Positions 1 to 18,000 of a stretch of 64,000 nt of DNA are shown one piece after another; the first letter of the stretch is position 1, and every line of letters starts with the position of its first letter. The stretch lies in assembly GCA_964016885.1 (NCBI GenBank), contig CAXHJY010000928.1, positions 186,001 through 250,000 on the forward strand, written 5' to 3'. The notes beneath the pieces were generated by a model, which worked only from the letters and a program-made list of their open reading frames with translations, ran no database searches and was not told the origin of the DNA. Source of the stretch: Eledone cirrhosa. Taxonomy: Eukaryota. The translations under genes and the position numbers were made by a program.

Positions 1-3000
1 GATATACACAGGGATACAGTGTACCTATTGTATACTAGATATACACAGGGAGACAGTATACCTATTGTATACTAGATATACACAGGGATACAGTGTACCT
101 ATTGTATACTAGATATACAGAGGGATACAGTGTACCTATTGTATACTAGATATACACAGGGATACAGTGTACCTATTGTATACTAGATATACACAGGGAG
201 ACAGTGTATCTATTGTATACTAGATATACACAGGGATACAGTGTACCTATCGTATACTAGATATACACAGGGATACAGTGTACCTATTGTATACTGGATA
301 TACACAGGAAGACAGTGTACCTATTGTATACTAGATATACACAGGGATACAGTGTACCTATTGTATACTAGATATACACAGGGAGACAGTGTACCTATTG
401 TATACTGGATATACACAGGGAGACAGTGTACCTATTGTATACTAGATATACACAGGGATACACTGTACCTATTGTATACTAGATATAGACAGGGATACAC
501 TGTACCTATTGTATACTAGATATACACAGGGATACAGTGTACCTATTGTATACTAGATATATACAGGGAGACAGTGTACCTATTGTATACTAGATATACA
601 CAGGAAGACAGTGTACCTATTGTATACTAGATATACACAGGGAGACAGTGTACCTATTGTATACTAGACATACACAGGGAGACAGTGTACCTATTGTATA
701 CTAGATATACACAGGGATACAGTGTACCTATTGTATACTAGATATACACAGGGATACAGTGTACCTATTGTATACTAGATATACACAGGAAGACAGTGTA
801 CCTATTGTATACTAGATATACACAGGGAGACAGTGTACCTATTGTATACTAGATATACACAGGGAGACAGTGTACCTATTGTATACTAGATATACACAGG
901 GATACAGTGTACCTATTGTATACTAGATATACACAGGGAGACAGTGTACCTATTGTATACTAGATATACACAGGAAGACAGTGTACCTATTGTATACTAG
1001 ATATACACAGGAAGACAGTGTACCTATTGTATACTAGATATACACAGGAAGACAGTGTACCTATTGTATACTAGATATACACAGGAAGACAGTGTACCTA
1101 TTGTATACTAGATATACACTGGGATACAGTGTACCTATTGTATATAGATATACACAGGGATACAGTGTACCTATTGTATACTAGATATACAGAGGAAGAC
1201 AGTGTACCTATTGTATACTAGATATACACAGGAAGACAGTGTACCTATTGTATACTAGATATACACAGGAAGACAGTGTACCTATTGTATACTAGATATA
1301 CACAGGAATACAGTGTACCTATTGTATACTAGATATACACAGGGATACAGTGTACCTATTGTATACTAGATATACACAGGTATACAGTGTACCTATCGTA
1401 TACTAGATATACACAGGGATACAGTGTACCTATCGTATACTAGATATACACAGGTATACAGTGTACCTATCGTATACTAGATATACACAGGAATACAGTG
1501 TACCTATTGTATACTAGATATACACAGGGATACAGTGTACCTATCGTATACTAGATATACACAGGGATACAGTGTACCTTTTGTATACTAGATATACACA
1601 GGAAGACAGTGTACCTATTGTATACTAGATATACACAGGGAGACAGTGTACCTATTGTATACTAGATATACACAGGAATACAGTGTACCTATTGTATACT
1701 AGATATACACAGGAAGACAGTGTAGCTATTGTATACTAGATATACACAGGGATACAGTGTACCTATTGTATACTAGATATACACAGGGAGACAGTATACC
1801 TATTGTATACTAGATATACACAGGGATACAGTGTACCTATTGTATACTAGATATACACAGGGATACAGTGTACCTATTGTATACTAGATATACACAGGGA
1901 TACAGTGTACCTATTGTATACTGGATATACACAGGGAGACAGTGTACCTATTGTATACTAGATATACACAGGGATACAGTGTACCTATTGTATACTAGAT
2001 ATACACAGGAAGACAGTGTACTTATTGTATACTAGATATACACAGGAAGACAGTGTACCTATTGTATACTAGATATACACAGGAAGACAGTGTACCTATT
2101 GTATACTAGATATACACAGGGATACAGTGTACCTATTGTATACTAGATATACACAGGAAGACAGTGTACCTATCGTATACTAGATATACACAGGAAGACA
2201 GTGTACCTATTGTATACTGGATATACACAGGAATACAGTGTACCTATTGTATACTAGATATACACAAGACAGTGTACCTATTGTATACGAGATATACACA
2301 AGACAGTGTACCTATTGTATACGAGATATACACAGGGAGACGGTGTACCTATTGTATACTGGATATACACAGGGATACAGTGTACCTATTGTATACTAGA
2401 TAAACACAGGGATACAGTGTACCTATTGTATACTAGATATACACAAGAAGACAGTGTACCTATTGTATACGAGATATACACAAGACAGTGTACCTATTGT
2501 ATACGAGATATACACAGGGAGACAGTGTATCTATTGTATATAGATATACACAGGAAGACAGTGTACCTATTGTATACTAGATATACACAGGGATACAGTG
2601 TACCTATTGTATACTAGATATACACAGGAAGACAGTGTACCTATTGTATACTGGATATACACAGGAAGACAGTGTACCTATTGTATACTAGATATACACA
2701 GGAAGACAGTGTACCTATTGTATATAGATATACACAGGAAGACAGTGTACCTATTGTATACTAGATATACACAGGAAGACAGTGTACCTATTGTATACTG
2801 GATATACACAGGAAGACAGTGTACCTATCGTATACTAGATATACACAGGAAGACAGTGTACCTATCGTATACTAGATATACACAGGAAGACAGTGTACCT
2901 GTCGTATACTAGATATACACAGGCAGACAGTGTACCTATTGTATACTAGATATACACAGGAAGACAGTGTACCTATTGTATACTAGATATACACAGGGAG

Positions 3001-6000
3001 ACAGTGTACCTATTGTATACTAGATATACACAGGGAGACAGTGTACCTATTGTATACGAGATATACACAGGAAGACAGTGTACCTATTGTATACTAGATA
3101 TACACAGGGATACAGTGTATCTATTGCATACTAGATATACACAAGAAGACAGTGTACCTATTGTATACTAGATATACACAGGGATAGAGTGTACCTATTG
3201 TATACTAGATATACACAGGGATACAGTGTACCTATTGTATACTGGATATATACAGGAAGACAGTGTACCTATTGTATACTAGATATACACAGGGATACAG
3301 TGTACCTATTGTATACTAGATATACACAGGAAGACAGTGTACCTATTGTATACTAGATATACACAGGGAGACAGTGTACCTATTGTATACTAGATATACA
3401 CAGGGATACAGTGTACCTATTGTATACTAGATATACACAGGAAGACAGTGTACCTATTGTATACTAGATATACACGGGAATACAATGTACCTATTGTATA
3501 CTAGATATACACGGGGATACAGTGTACCTATTGTATACTAGATATACACGGGGATACAGTGTACCTATTGTATACTAGATATACACGGGGATACAGTGTA
3601 CCTATTGTATACTAGATATACACAGGGAGATAGTGTACCTATTGTATACTGGATATACACAGGAAGACAGTGTACCTATTGTATACTAGATATACACAGG
3701 GATACAGTGTACCTATTGTATACTAGATATACACAGGGATACAGTGTACCTATTGTATACTGGATATACACAGGGATACAGTGTACCTATTGTATACTGG
3801 ATATACACAGAAAGACAGTGTACCTATTGTATACTAGATATACACAGGGATACAGTGTACCTATTGTATACTAGATATACACAGGGATACAGTGTAACTA
3901 TTGTATACTAGATATACACAGGAAGAGAGTGTACCTATTGTATACTGGATATACACAGGGAGACAGTGTACCTATTGTATACTAGATATACACAGGAAGA
4001 GAGTGTACCTATTGTATACTGGATATACACAGGGAGACAGTGTACCTATTGTATGGTAGATATACACAGGGATACAGTGTACCTATTGTATGCTAGATAT
4101 ACACAGGGATACAGTGTACCTATTGTATACTAGATATACACAGGGAGACAATGTACCTATTGTATACTGGATATACTCAGGGAGACAGTGTACCTATTGT
4201 ATACTAGATATACACAGGGATACAGTGTACCTATTGTATACTAGATATACACAGGGATACAGTGTACCTATTATATACTGGATATACACAGGAAGACAGT
4301 GTACCTATTATATACTGGATATACACAGGAAGACAGTGTACCTATTGTATACTGGGTATACACAGGAATACAGTGTACCTATTGTATACTAGATATACAC
4401 AGGGATACAGTGTACCTATTGTATACTAGATATACACAGGGATACAGTGTACCTATTGTATACTAGATATACACAGGAATACAGTGTACCTATTGTATAC
4501 TAGATATACACAGGAAGACAGTGTACCTATTGTATACTAGATATACACAGGAAGACAGTGTACCTATTGTATACTAGATATACACAGGGATACAGTGTAC
4601 CTATTGTATACTAGATATACACAGGGAGACAGTATACCTATTGTATACTAGATATACACAGGGATACAGTGTACCTATTGTATACTAGATATACAGAGGG
4701 ATACAGTGTACCTATTGTATACTAGATATACACAGGGATACAGTGTACCTATTGTATACTAGATATACACAGGGAGACAGTGTATCTATTGTATACTAGA
4801 TATACACAGGGATACAGTGTACCTATCGTATACTAGATATACACAGGGATACAGTGTACCTATTGTATACTGGATATACACAGGAAGACAGTGTACCTAT
4901 TGTATACTAGATATACACAGGGATACAGTGTACCTATTGTATACTAGATATACACAGGGATACAGTGTACCTATTGTATACTGGATATACACAGGGAGAC
5001 AGTGTACCTATTGTATACTAGATATACACAGGGATACACTGTACCTATTGTATACTAGATATAGACAGGGATACACTGTACCTATTGTATACTAGATATA
5101 CACAGGGATACAGTGTACCTATTGTATACTAGATATATACAGGGAGACAGTGTACCTATTGTATACTAGATATACACAGGAAGACAGTGTACCTATTGTA
5201 TACTAGATATACACAGGGAGACAGTGTACCTATTGTATACTAGACATACACAGGGAGACAGTGTACCTATTGTATACTAGATATACACAGGGATACAGTG
5301 TACCTATTGTATACTAGATATACACAGGGATACAGTGTACCTATTGTATACTAGATATACACAGGAAGACAGTGTACCTATTGTATACTAGATATACACA
5401 GGGAGACAGTGTACCTATTGTATACTAGATATACACAGGGAGACAGTGTACCTATTGTATACTAGATATACACAGGGATACAGTGTACCTATTGTATACT
5501 AGATATACACAGGGAGACAGTGTACCTATTGTATACTAGATATACACAGGAAGACAGTGTACCTATTGTATACTAGATATACACAGGAAGACAGTGTACC
5601 TATTGTATACTAGATATACACAGGAAGACAGTGTACCTATTGTATACTAGATATACACAGGAAGACAGTGTACCTATTGTATACTAGATATACACTGGGA
5701 TACAGTGTACCTATTGTATATAGATATACACAGGGATACAGTGTACCTATTGTATACTAGATATACAGAGGAAGACAGTGTACCTATTGTATACTAGATA
5801 TACACAGGAAGACAGTGTACCTATTGTATACTAGATATACACAGGGAGACAGTATACCTATTGTATACTAGATATACACAGGGATACAGTGTACCTATTG
5901 TATACTAGATATACACAGGAAGACAGTGTACCTATTGTATACTAGATATACACAGGGAGACAGTGTACCTATTGTATACTAGATATACACAGGGATACAG

Positions 6001-9000
6001 TGTACCTATTGTATACTAGATATACACAGGAAGACAGTGTACCTATTGTATACTAGATATACACGGGAATACAATGTACCTATTGTATACTAGATATACA
6101 CGGGGATACAGTGTACCTATTGTATACTAGATATACACGGGGATACAGTGTACCTATTGTATACTAGATATACACGGGGATACAGTGTACCTATTGTATA
6201 CTAGATATACACAGGGAGATAGTGTACCTATTGTATACTGGATATACACAGGAAGACAGTGTACCTATTGTATACTAGATATACACAGGGATACAGTGTA
6301 CCTATTGTATACTAGATATACACAGGGATACAGTGTACCTATTGTATACTGGATATACACAGGGATACAGTGTACCTATTGTATACTGGATATACACAGA
6401 AAGACAGTGTACCTATTGTATACTAGATATACACAGGGATACAGTGTACCTATTGTATACTAGATATACACAGGGATACAGTGTAACTATTGTATACTAG
6501 ATATACACAGGAAGAGAGTGTACCTATTGTATACTGGATATACACAGGGAGACAGTGTACCTATTGTATACTAGATATACACAGGAAGAGAGTGTACCTA
6601 TTGTATACTGGATATACACAGGGAGACAGTGTACCTATTGTATGGTAGATATACACAGGGATACAGTGTACCTATTGTATACTAGATATACACAGGGAGA
6701 CAATGTACCTATTGTATACTGGATATACTCAGGGAGACAGTGTACCTATTGTATACTAGATATACACAGGGATACAGTGTACCTATTGTATACTAGATAT
6801 ACACAGGGATACAGTGTACCTATTATATACTGGATATACACAGGAAGACAGTGTACCTATTATATACTGGATATACACAGGAAGACAGTGTACCTATTGT
6901 ATACTGGGTATACACAGGAATACAGTGTACCTATTGTATACTAGATATACACAGGGATACAGTGTACCTATTGTATACTAGATATACACAGGGATACAGT
7001 GTACCTATTGTATACTAGATATACACAGGAATACAGTGTACCTATTGTATACTAGATATACACAGGAAGACAGTGTACCTATTGTATACTAGATATACAC
7101 AGGAAGACAGTGTACCTATTGTATACTAGATATACACAGGGATACAGTGTACCTATTGTATACTAGATATACACAGGGAGACAGTATACCTATTGTATAC
7201 TAGATATACACAGGGATACAGTGTACCTATTGTATACTAGATATACAGAGGGATACAGTGTACCTATTGTATACTAGATATACACAGGGATACAGTGTAC
7301 CTATTGTATACTAGATATACACAGGGAGACAGTGTATCTATTGTATACTAGATATACACAGGGATACAGTGTACCTATCGTATACTAGATATACACAGGG
7401 ATACAGTGTACCTATTGTATACTGGATATACACAGGAAGACAGTGTACCTATTGTATACTAGATATACACAGGGATACAGTGTACCTATTGTATACTAGA
7501 TATACACAGGGATACAGTGTACCTATTGTATACTGGATATACACAGGGAGACAGTGTACCTATTGTATACTAGATATACACAGGGATACACTGTACCTAT
7601 TGTATACTAGACATAGACAGGGATACACTGTACCTATTGTATACTAGATATACACAGGGATACAGTGTACCTATTGTATACTAGATATATACAGGGAGAC
7701 AGTGTACCTATTGTATACTAGATATACACAGGAAGACAGTGTACCTATTGTATACTAGATATACACAGGGAGACAGTGTACCTATTGTATACTAGACATA
7801 CACAGGGAGACAGTGTACCTATTGTATACTAGATATACACAGGGATACAGTGTACCTATTGTATACTAGATATACACAGGGATACAGTGTACCTATTGTA
7901 TACTAGATATACACAGGAAGACAGTGTACCTATTGTATACTAGATATACACAGGGAGACAGTGTACCTATTGTATACTAGATATACACAGGGAGACAGTG
8001 TACCTATTGTATACTAGATATACACAGGGATACAGTGTACCTATTGTATACTAGATATACACAGGGAGACAGTGTACCTATTGTATACTAGATATACACA
8101 GGAAGACAGTGTACCTATTGTATACTAGATATACACAGGAAGACAGTGTACCTATTGTATACTAGATATACACAGGAAGACAGTGTACCTATTGTATACT
8201 AGATATACACAGGAAGACAGTGTACCTATTGTATACTAGATATACACTGGGATACAGTGTACCTATTGTATATAGATATACACAGGGATACAGTGTACCT
8301 ATTGTATACTAGATATACAGAGGAAGACAGTGTACCTATTGTATACTAGATATACACAGGAAGACAGTGTACCTATTGTATACTAGATATACACAGGGAG
8401 ACAGTATACCTATTGTATACTAGATATACACAGGGATACAGTGTACCTATTGTATACTAGATATACACAGGGATACAGTGTACCTATTGTATACTAGATA
8501 TACACAGGGATACAGTGTACCTATTGTATACTGGATATACACAGGGATACAGTGTACCTATTGTATACTAGATATACACAGGGAGACAGTGTACCTATTG
8601 TATACTAGATATACACAGGGATACAGTGTACATATTGTATATAGATATACACAGGGATACAGTGTACCTATTGTATACTAGATATACACAGGGAGAGAGT
8701 GTACCTATTTTATACTGGATATACACAGGGAAACAGTGTACCTATTGTATACTAGATATACACAGGAAGACAGTGTACCTATTGTATACTAGATATACAC
8801 AGGAAGACAGTGTACCTATTGTATACTAGATATACACAGGGATACAGTGTACCTATTGTATACTGGATATACACAGGGAGACAGTGTACCTATTGTATAC
8901 TAGATATACACAGGGATACAGTGTACCTATTGTATATAGATATACACAGGGATACAGTGTACCTATTGTATACTAGATATACACAGGAAGACAGTGTACC

Positions 9001-12000
9001 TATTGTATACTAGATATACACAGGGATACAGTGTACCTATTGTATATAGATATACACAGGGATACAGTGTACCTATTGTATACTAGATATACACAGGGAT
9101 ACAGTGTACCTATTGTATACTAGATATACACAGGAAGACAGTGTACCTATTGTATACGAGATATACACAGGGAGACAGTGTACCTATTGTATACGAGATA
9201 TACACAGGGAGACAGTGTACCTATTGTATACTAGATATACCCAGGAAGACAGTGTACTTATTGTATACTAGATATACACAGGGATACAGTGTACCTATTG
9301 TATACTAGATATACACAGGAAGACAGTGTACCTATTGTATACGAGATATACACAGGGAGACAGTGTACCTATTGTATACTAGATATACACAGGAAGACAG
9401 TGTACCTATTGTATACTAGATATACACAGGAAGACAGTGTACCTATTGTATACTAGATATACACAGGGATACAGTGTACCTATTGTATACTAGATATACA
9501 CAGGGAGACAGTGTACCTATTGTATACTAGATATACACAGGGAGACAGTGTACTTATTGTATACTAGATATACACAGGAATACAGTGTACCTATTGTATA
9601 CTAGATATACACAGGAAGACAGTGTACCTATTGTATACTAAATATACACAGGGATACAGTGTACTTATTGTATACTAGATATACACAGGGATACAGTGTA
9701 CCTATTGTATATAGATATACACAGGGATACAGTGTACCTATTGTATACTAGATATACACAGGGAGACAGTGTACCTATTGCATACTGGATATACACAGGG
9801 ATACAGTGTACCTATTGTATACTAGATATACACAGGAAGACAGTGTACCTATTGTATACTAGATATACACAGGGAGACAGTGTACCTATTGTATACTGGA
9901 TATACACAGGGATACAGTGTACCTATTGTATACTAGATATACACAGGAAGACAGTGTACCTATTGTATACTAGATATACACAGGAATACAGTGTACCTAT
10001 TGTATACTAGATATACACAGGAAGACAGTGTACCTATTGTATACTAGATATACACAGGGATACACTGTACTTATTGTATACTAGATATACACAGGGATAC
10101 AGTGTACATATTGTATATAGATATACACAGGGATACAGTGTACCTATTGTATACTAGATATACACAGGGAGACAGTGTACCTATTGTATACTGGATATAC
10201 ACAGGGAAACAGTGTACCTATTGTATACTAGATATACACAGGAAGACAGTGTACCTATTGTATACTAGATATACACAGGAAGACAGTGTACCTATTGTAT
10301 ACTAGATATACACAGAGAGACAGTGTACCTATTGTATACTAGATATACACAGGAAGACAGTGTACCTATTGTATACTAGATATACACAGGGATACAGTGT
10401 ACCTATTGTATACTGGATATACACAGGGAGACAGTGTACCTATTGTATACTAGATATACACAGGGATGCAGTGTACCTATTGTATATAGATATACACAGG
10501 GATACAGTGTACCTATTGTATATAGATATACACAGGGATACAGTGTACCTATTGTATACTAGATATACACAGGAAGACAGTGTACCTATTGTATACTAGA
10601 TATACACAGGAAGACAGTGTACCTATTGTATACTAGATATACACAGAGAGACAGTGTACCTATTGTATACTAGATATACACAGGAAGACAGTGTACCTAT
10701 TGTATACTAGATATACACAGGGATACAGTGTACCTATTGTATACTGGATATACACAGGGAGACAGTGTACCTATTGTATACTAGATATACACAGGGATAC
10801 AGTGTACCTATTGTATATAGATATACACAGGGATACAGTGTACCTATTGTATATAGATATACACAGGGATACAGTGTACCTATTGTATACTAGATATACA
10901 CAGGGATACAGTGTACCTATTGTATACTAGATATACACAGGAAGACAGTGTATCTATTGTATACGAGATATACACAGGGAGACAGTGTACCTATTGTATA
11001 CGAGATATACACAGGGAGACAGTGTACCTATTGTATACTAGATATACACAGGGATACAGTGTACCTATTGTATACTAGATATACACAGGGATACAGTGTA
11101 CCTATTGTATACTAGATATACACAGGAAGACAGTGTACCTATTGTATACGAGATATACACAGGGATACAGTGTACCTATTGTATACTAGATATACACAGG
11201 GAGACAGTGTACCTATTGTATACTAGATATAGACAGGAAGACAGTGTACCTATTGTATACTAGATATACACAGGAAGACAGTGTACCTATTGTATACTAG
11301 ATATACACAGGGATACAGTGTACCTATTGTATACTAGATATACACAGGGAGACAGTGTACCTATTGTATACTAGATATAGACAGGAAGACAGTGTACCTA
11401 TTGTATACTAGATATACACAGGGAGACAGTGTACCTATTGTATACTAAATATACACAGGGAGACAGTGTACCTATTGTATACTAGATATACACAGGAAGA
11501 CAGTGTACCTATTGTATACTGGATATACACAGGAAGACAGTGTACCTATTGTATACTAGATATACACAGGGATACAGTGTACCTATTGTATACTAGATAT
11601 ACACAGGAAGACAGTGTACCTATTGTATACTGGATATACACAGGAAGACAGTGTACCTATTGTATACTAGATATACACAGGGATACAGTGTACCTATTGT
11701 ATATAGATATACACAGGGATACAGTGTACCTATTGTATACAAGATATACACAGGGAGACAGTGTACCTATTGTATACTAGATATACACAGGGAGACAGTG
11801 TACCTATTGTATACTAGATATACACAGGGAGACAGTGTACCTATTGTATACTAGATATACACAGGGAGACAGTGTACTTATTGTATACTAGATATACACA
11901 GGAATACAGTGTACCTATTGTATACTAGATATACACAGGAAGACAGTGTACCTATTGTATACTAAATATACACAGGGATACAGTGTACTTATTGTATACT

Positions 12001-15000
12001 AGATATACACAGGGATACAGTGTACCTATTGTATATAGATATACACAGGGATACAGTGTACCTATTGTATACTAGATATACACAGGGAGACAGTGTACCT
12101 ATTGCATACTGGATATACACAGGGATACAGTGTACCTATTGTATACTAGATATACACAGAAATACAGTGTACCTATTGTATACTAGATATACACAGGGAT
12201 ACACTGTACTTATTGTATACTAGATATACACAGGGATACAGTGTACATATTGTATATAGATATACACAGGGATACAGTGTACCTATTGTATACTAGATAT
12301 ACACAGGGAGACAGTGTACCTATTGTATACTGGATATACACAGGGAAACAGTGTACCTATTGTATACTAGATATACACAGGAAGACAGTGTACCTATTGT
12401 ATACTGGATATACACAGGAAGACAGTGTACCTATTGTATACTAGATATACACAGGGATACAGTGTATCTATTGTATACTAGATATACACAGGAAGACAGT
12501 GTACCTATTGTATACTAGATATACACAGGAAGACAGTGTACCTATTGTATACTAGATATACACAGGGATACATTGTACCTATTGTATACTAGATATACAC
12601 AGGGAGACAGTGTACCTTTTGTATACTAGATATGCACAGGGAGACAGTGTACTTATTGTATACTAGATATACACAGGAATACAGTGTACCTATTGTATAC
12701 TAGATATACACAGGAAGACAGTGTACCTATTGTATACTAAATATACACAGGGATACAGTGTACTTATTGTATACTAGATATACACAGGGATACAGTGTAC
12801 CTATTGTATATAGATATACACAGGGATACAGTGTACCTATTGTATACTAGATATACACAGGGAGACAGTGTACCTATTGCATACTGGATATACACAGGGA
12901 TACAGTGTACCTATTGTATACTAGATATACACAGGAAGACAGTGTACCTATTGTATACTAGATATACACAGGGAGACAGTGTACCTATTGTATACTGGAT
13001 ATACACAGGGATACAGTGTACCTATTGTATACTAGATATACACAGGAAGACAGTGTACCTATTGTATACTAGATATACACAGGAATACAATGTACCTATT
13101 GTATACTAGATATACACAGGAAGACAGTGTACCTATTGTATACTAGATATACACAGGGATACACTGTACTTATTGTATACTAGATATACACAGGGATACA
13201 GTGTACATATTGTATATAGATATACACAGGGATACAGTGTACCTATTGTATAATAGATATACACAGGGAGACAGTGTACCTATTGTATACTGGATATACA
13301 CAGGGAAACAGTGTACCTATTGTATACTAGATATACACAGGAAGACAGTGTACCTATTGTATACTAGATATACACAGGAAGACAGTGTACCTATTGTATA
13401 CTAGATATACACAGGGAGACAGTGTACCTATTGTATACTAGATATACACAGGGATACAGTGTACCTATTGTATACTAGATATACACAGGGAGACAGTGTA
13501 CCTATTGTATACTAGATATACACAGGGATACAGTGTACCTATTGTATACTAGATATACACAGGGAGACAGTGTACCTATTGTATACTAGATATACACAGG
13601 ATGACAGTGTACCTATTGTATACTAGATATACACAGGGATACAGTGTACCTATTGTATACTAGATATACACAGGGAGACAGTGTACCTATTGTATACTAG
13701 ATATACACAGGAAGACAGTGTACCTATTGTATACTAGATATACACAGGGATACAGTGTACCTATTGTATACTAGATATACACAGGGAGACAGTGTACCTA
13801 TTGTATACTAGATATAGACAGGAAGACAGTGTACCTATTGTATACTAGATATACACAGGGAGACAGTGTACCTATTGTATACTAGATATACACAGGAAGA
13901 CAGTGTACCTATTGTATACTGGATATACACAGGAAGACAGTGTACCTATTGTATACTAGATATACACAGGGATACAGTGTACCTATTGTATACTAGATAT
14001 ACACAGGAAGACAGTGTACCTATTGTATACTGGATATACACAGGAAGACAGTGTACCTATTGTATACTAGATATACACAGGGATACAGTGTACCTATTGT
14101 ATATAGATATACACAGGGATACAGTGTACCTATTGTATACAAGATATACACAGGGAGACAGTGTACCTATTGTATACTAGATATACACAGGGAGACAGTG
14201 TACCTATTGTATACTAGATATACACAGGGAGACAGTGTACCTATTGTATACTAGATATACACAGGGAGACAGTGTACTTATTGTATACTAGATATACACA
14301 GGAATACAGTGTACCTATTGTATACTAAATATACACAGGGATACAGTGTACTTATTGTATACTAGATATACACAGGGATACAGTGTACCTATTGTATATA
14401 GATATACACAGGGATACAGTGTACCTATTGTATACTAGATATACACAGGGAGACAGTGTACCTATTGCATACTGGATATACACAGGGATACAGTGTACCT
14501 ATTGTATACTAGATATACACAGAAATACAGTGTACCTATTGTATACTAGATATACACAGGGATACACTGTACTTATTGTATACTAGATATACACAGGGAT
14601 ACAGTGTACATATTGTATATAGATATACACAGGGATACAGTGTACCTATTGTATACTAGATATACACAGGGAGACAGTGTACCTATTGCATACTGGATAT
14701 ACACAGGGATACAGTGTACCTATTGTATACTAGATATACACAGGAAGACAGTGTACCTATTGTATACTAGATATACACAGGGAGACAGTGTACCTATTGT
14801 ATACTGGATATACACAGGGATACAGTGTACCTATTGTATACTAGATATACACAGGAAGACAGTGTACCTATTGTATACTAGATATACACAGGAATACAAT
14901 GTACCTATTGTATACTAGATATACACAGGAAGACAGTGTACCTATTGTATACTAGATATACACAGGGATACACTGTACTTATTGTATACTAGATATACAC

Positions 15001-18000
15001 AGGGATACAGTGTACATATTGTATATAGATATACACAGGGATACAGTGTACCTATTGTATAATAGATATACACAGGGAGACAGTGTACCTATTGTATACT
15101 GGATATACACAGGGAAACAGTGTACCTATTGTATACTAGATATACACAGGAAGACAGTGTACCTATTGTATACTAGATATACACAGGAAGACAGTGTACC
15201 TATTGTATACTAGATATACACAGGGAGACAGTGTACCTATTGTATACTAGATATACACAGGGATACAGTGTACCTATTGTATACTAGATATACACAGGGA
15301 GACAGTGTACCTATTGTATACTAGATATACACAGGGATACAGTGTACCTATTGTATACTAGATATACACAGGGAGACAGTGTACCTATTGTATACTAGAT
15401 ATACACAGGATGACAGTGTACCTATTGTATACTAGATATACACAGGGATACAGTGTACCTATTGTATACTAGATATACACAGGGAGACAGTGTACCTATT
15501 GTATACTAGATATACACAGGAAGACAGTGTACCTATTGTATACTAGATATACACAGGGATACAGTGTACCTATTGTATACTAGATATACACAGGGAGACA
15601 GTGTACCTATTGTATACTAGATATAGACAGGAAGACAGTGTACCTATTGTATACTAGATATACACAGGGAGACAGTGTACCTATTGTATACTAAATATAC
15701 ACAGGGAGACAGTGTACCTATTGTATACTAGATATACACAGGAAGACAGTGTACCTATTGTATACTGGATATACACAGGAAGACAGTGTACCTATTGTAT
15801 ACTAGATATACACAGGGATACAGTGTACCTATTGTATACTAGATATACACAGGAAGACAGTGTACCTATTGTATACTGGATATACACAGGAAGACAGTGT
15901 ACCTATTGTATACTAGATATACACAGGGATACAGTGTACCTATTGTATATAGATATACACAGGGATACAGTGTACCTATTGTATACAAGATATACACAGG
16001 GAGACAGTGTACCTATTGTATACTAGATATACACAGGGAGACAGTGTACCTATTGTATACTAGATATACACAGGGAGACAGTGTACCTATTGTATACTAG
16101 ATATACACAGGGAGACAGTGTACTTATTGTATACTAGATATACACAGGAATACAGTGTACCTATTGTATACTAAATATACACAGGGATACAGTGTACTTA
16201 TTGTATACTAGATATACACAGGGATACAGTGTACCTATTGTATATAGATATACACAGGGATACAGTGTACCTATTGTATACTAGATATACACAGGGAGAC
16301 AGTGTACCTATTGCATACTGGATATACACAGGGATACAGTGTACCTATTGTATACTAGATATACACAGAAATACAGTGTACCTATTGTATACTAGATATA
16401 CACAGGGATACACTGTACTTATTGTATACTAGATATACACAGGGATACAGTGTACATATTGTATATAGATATACACAGGGATACAGTGTACCTATTGTAT
16501 ACTAGATATACACAGGGAGACAGTGTACCTATTGTATACTGGATATACACAGGGAAACAGTGTACCTATTGTATACTAGATATACACAGGAAGACAGTGT
16601 ACCTATTGTATACTGGATATACACAGGAAGACAGTGTACCTATTGTATACTAGATATACACAGGGATACAGTGTATCTATTGTATACTAGATATACACAG
16701 GAAGACAGTGTACCTATTGTATACTAGATATACACAGGAAGACAGTGTACCTATTGTATACTAGATATACACAGGGATACATTGTACCTATTGTATACTA
16801 GATATACACAGGGAGACAGTGTACCTATTGTATACTAGATATGCACAGGGAGACAGTGTACTTATTGTATACTAGATATACACAGGAATACAGTGTACCT
16901 ATTGTATACTAGATATACACAGGAAGACAGTGTACCTATTGTATACTAAATATACACAGGGATACAGTGTACTTATTGTATACTAGATATACACAGGGAT
17001 ACAGTGTACCTATTGTATATAGATATACACAGGGATACAGTGTACCTATTGTATACTAGATATACACAGGGAGACAGTGTACCTATTGCATACTGGATAT
17101 ACACAGGGATACAGTGTACCTATTGTATACTAGATATACACAGGAAGACAGTGTACCTATTGTATACTAGATATACACAGGGAGACAGTGTACCTATTGT
17201 ATACTGGATATACACAGGGATACAGTGTACCTATTGTATACTAGATATACACAGGAAGACAGTGTACCTATTGTATACTAGATATACACAGGAATACAAT
17301 GTACCTATTGTATACTAGATATACACAGGAAGACAGTGTACCTATTGTATACTAGATATACACAGGGATACACTGTACTTATTGTATACTAGATATACAC
17401 AGGGATACAGTGTACATATTGTATATAGATATACACAGGGATACAGTGTACCTATTGTATAATAGATATACACAGGGAGACAGTGTACCTATTGTATACT
17501 GGATATACACAGGGAAACAGTGTACCTATTGTATACTAGATATACACAGGAAGACAGTGTACCTATTGTATACTAGATATACACAGGAAGACAGTGTACC
17601 TATTGTATACTAGATATACACAGGGAGACAGTGTACCTATTGTATACTAGATATACACAGGAAGACAGTGTACCTATTGTATACTAGATATACACAGGGA
17701 TACAGTGTACCTATTGTATACTGGATATACACAGGGAGACAGTGTACCTATTGCATACTGGATATACACAGGGATACAGTGTACCTATTGTATACTAGAT
17801 ATACACAGAAATACAGTGTACCTATTGTATACTAGATATACACAGGGATACACTGTACTTATTGTATACTAGATATACACAGGGATACAGTGTACATATT
17901 GTATATAGATATACACAGGGATACAGTGTACCTATTGTATACTAGATATACACAGGGAGACAGTGTACCTATTGCATACTGGATATACACAGGGATACAG

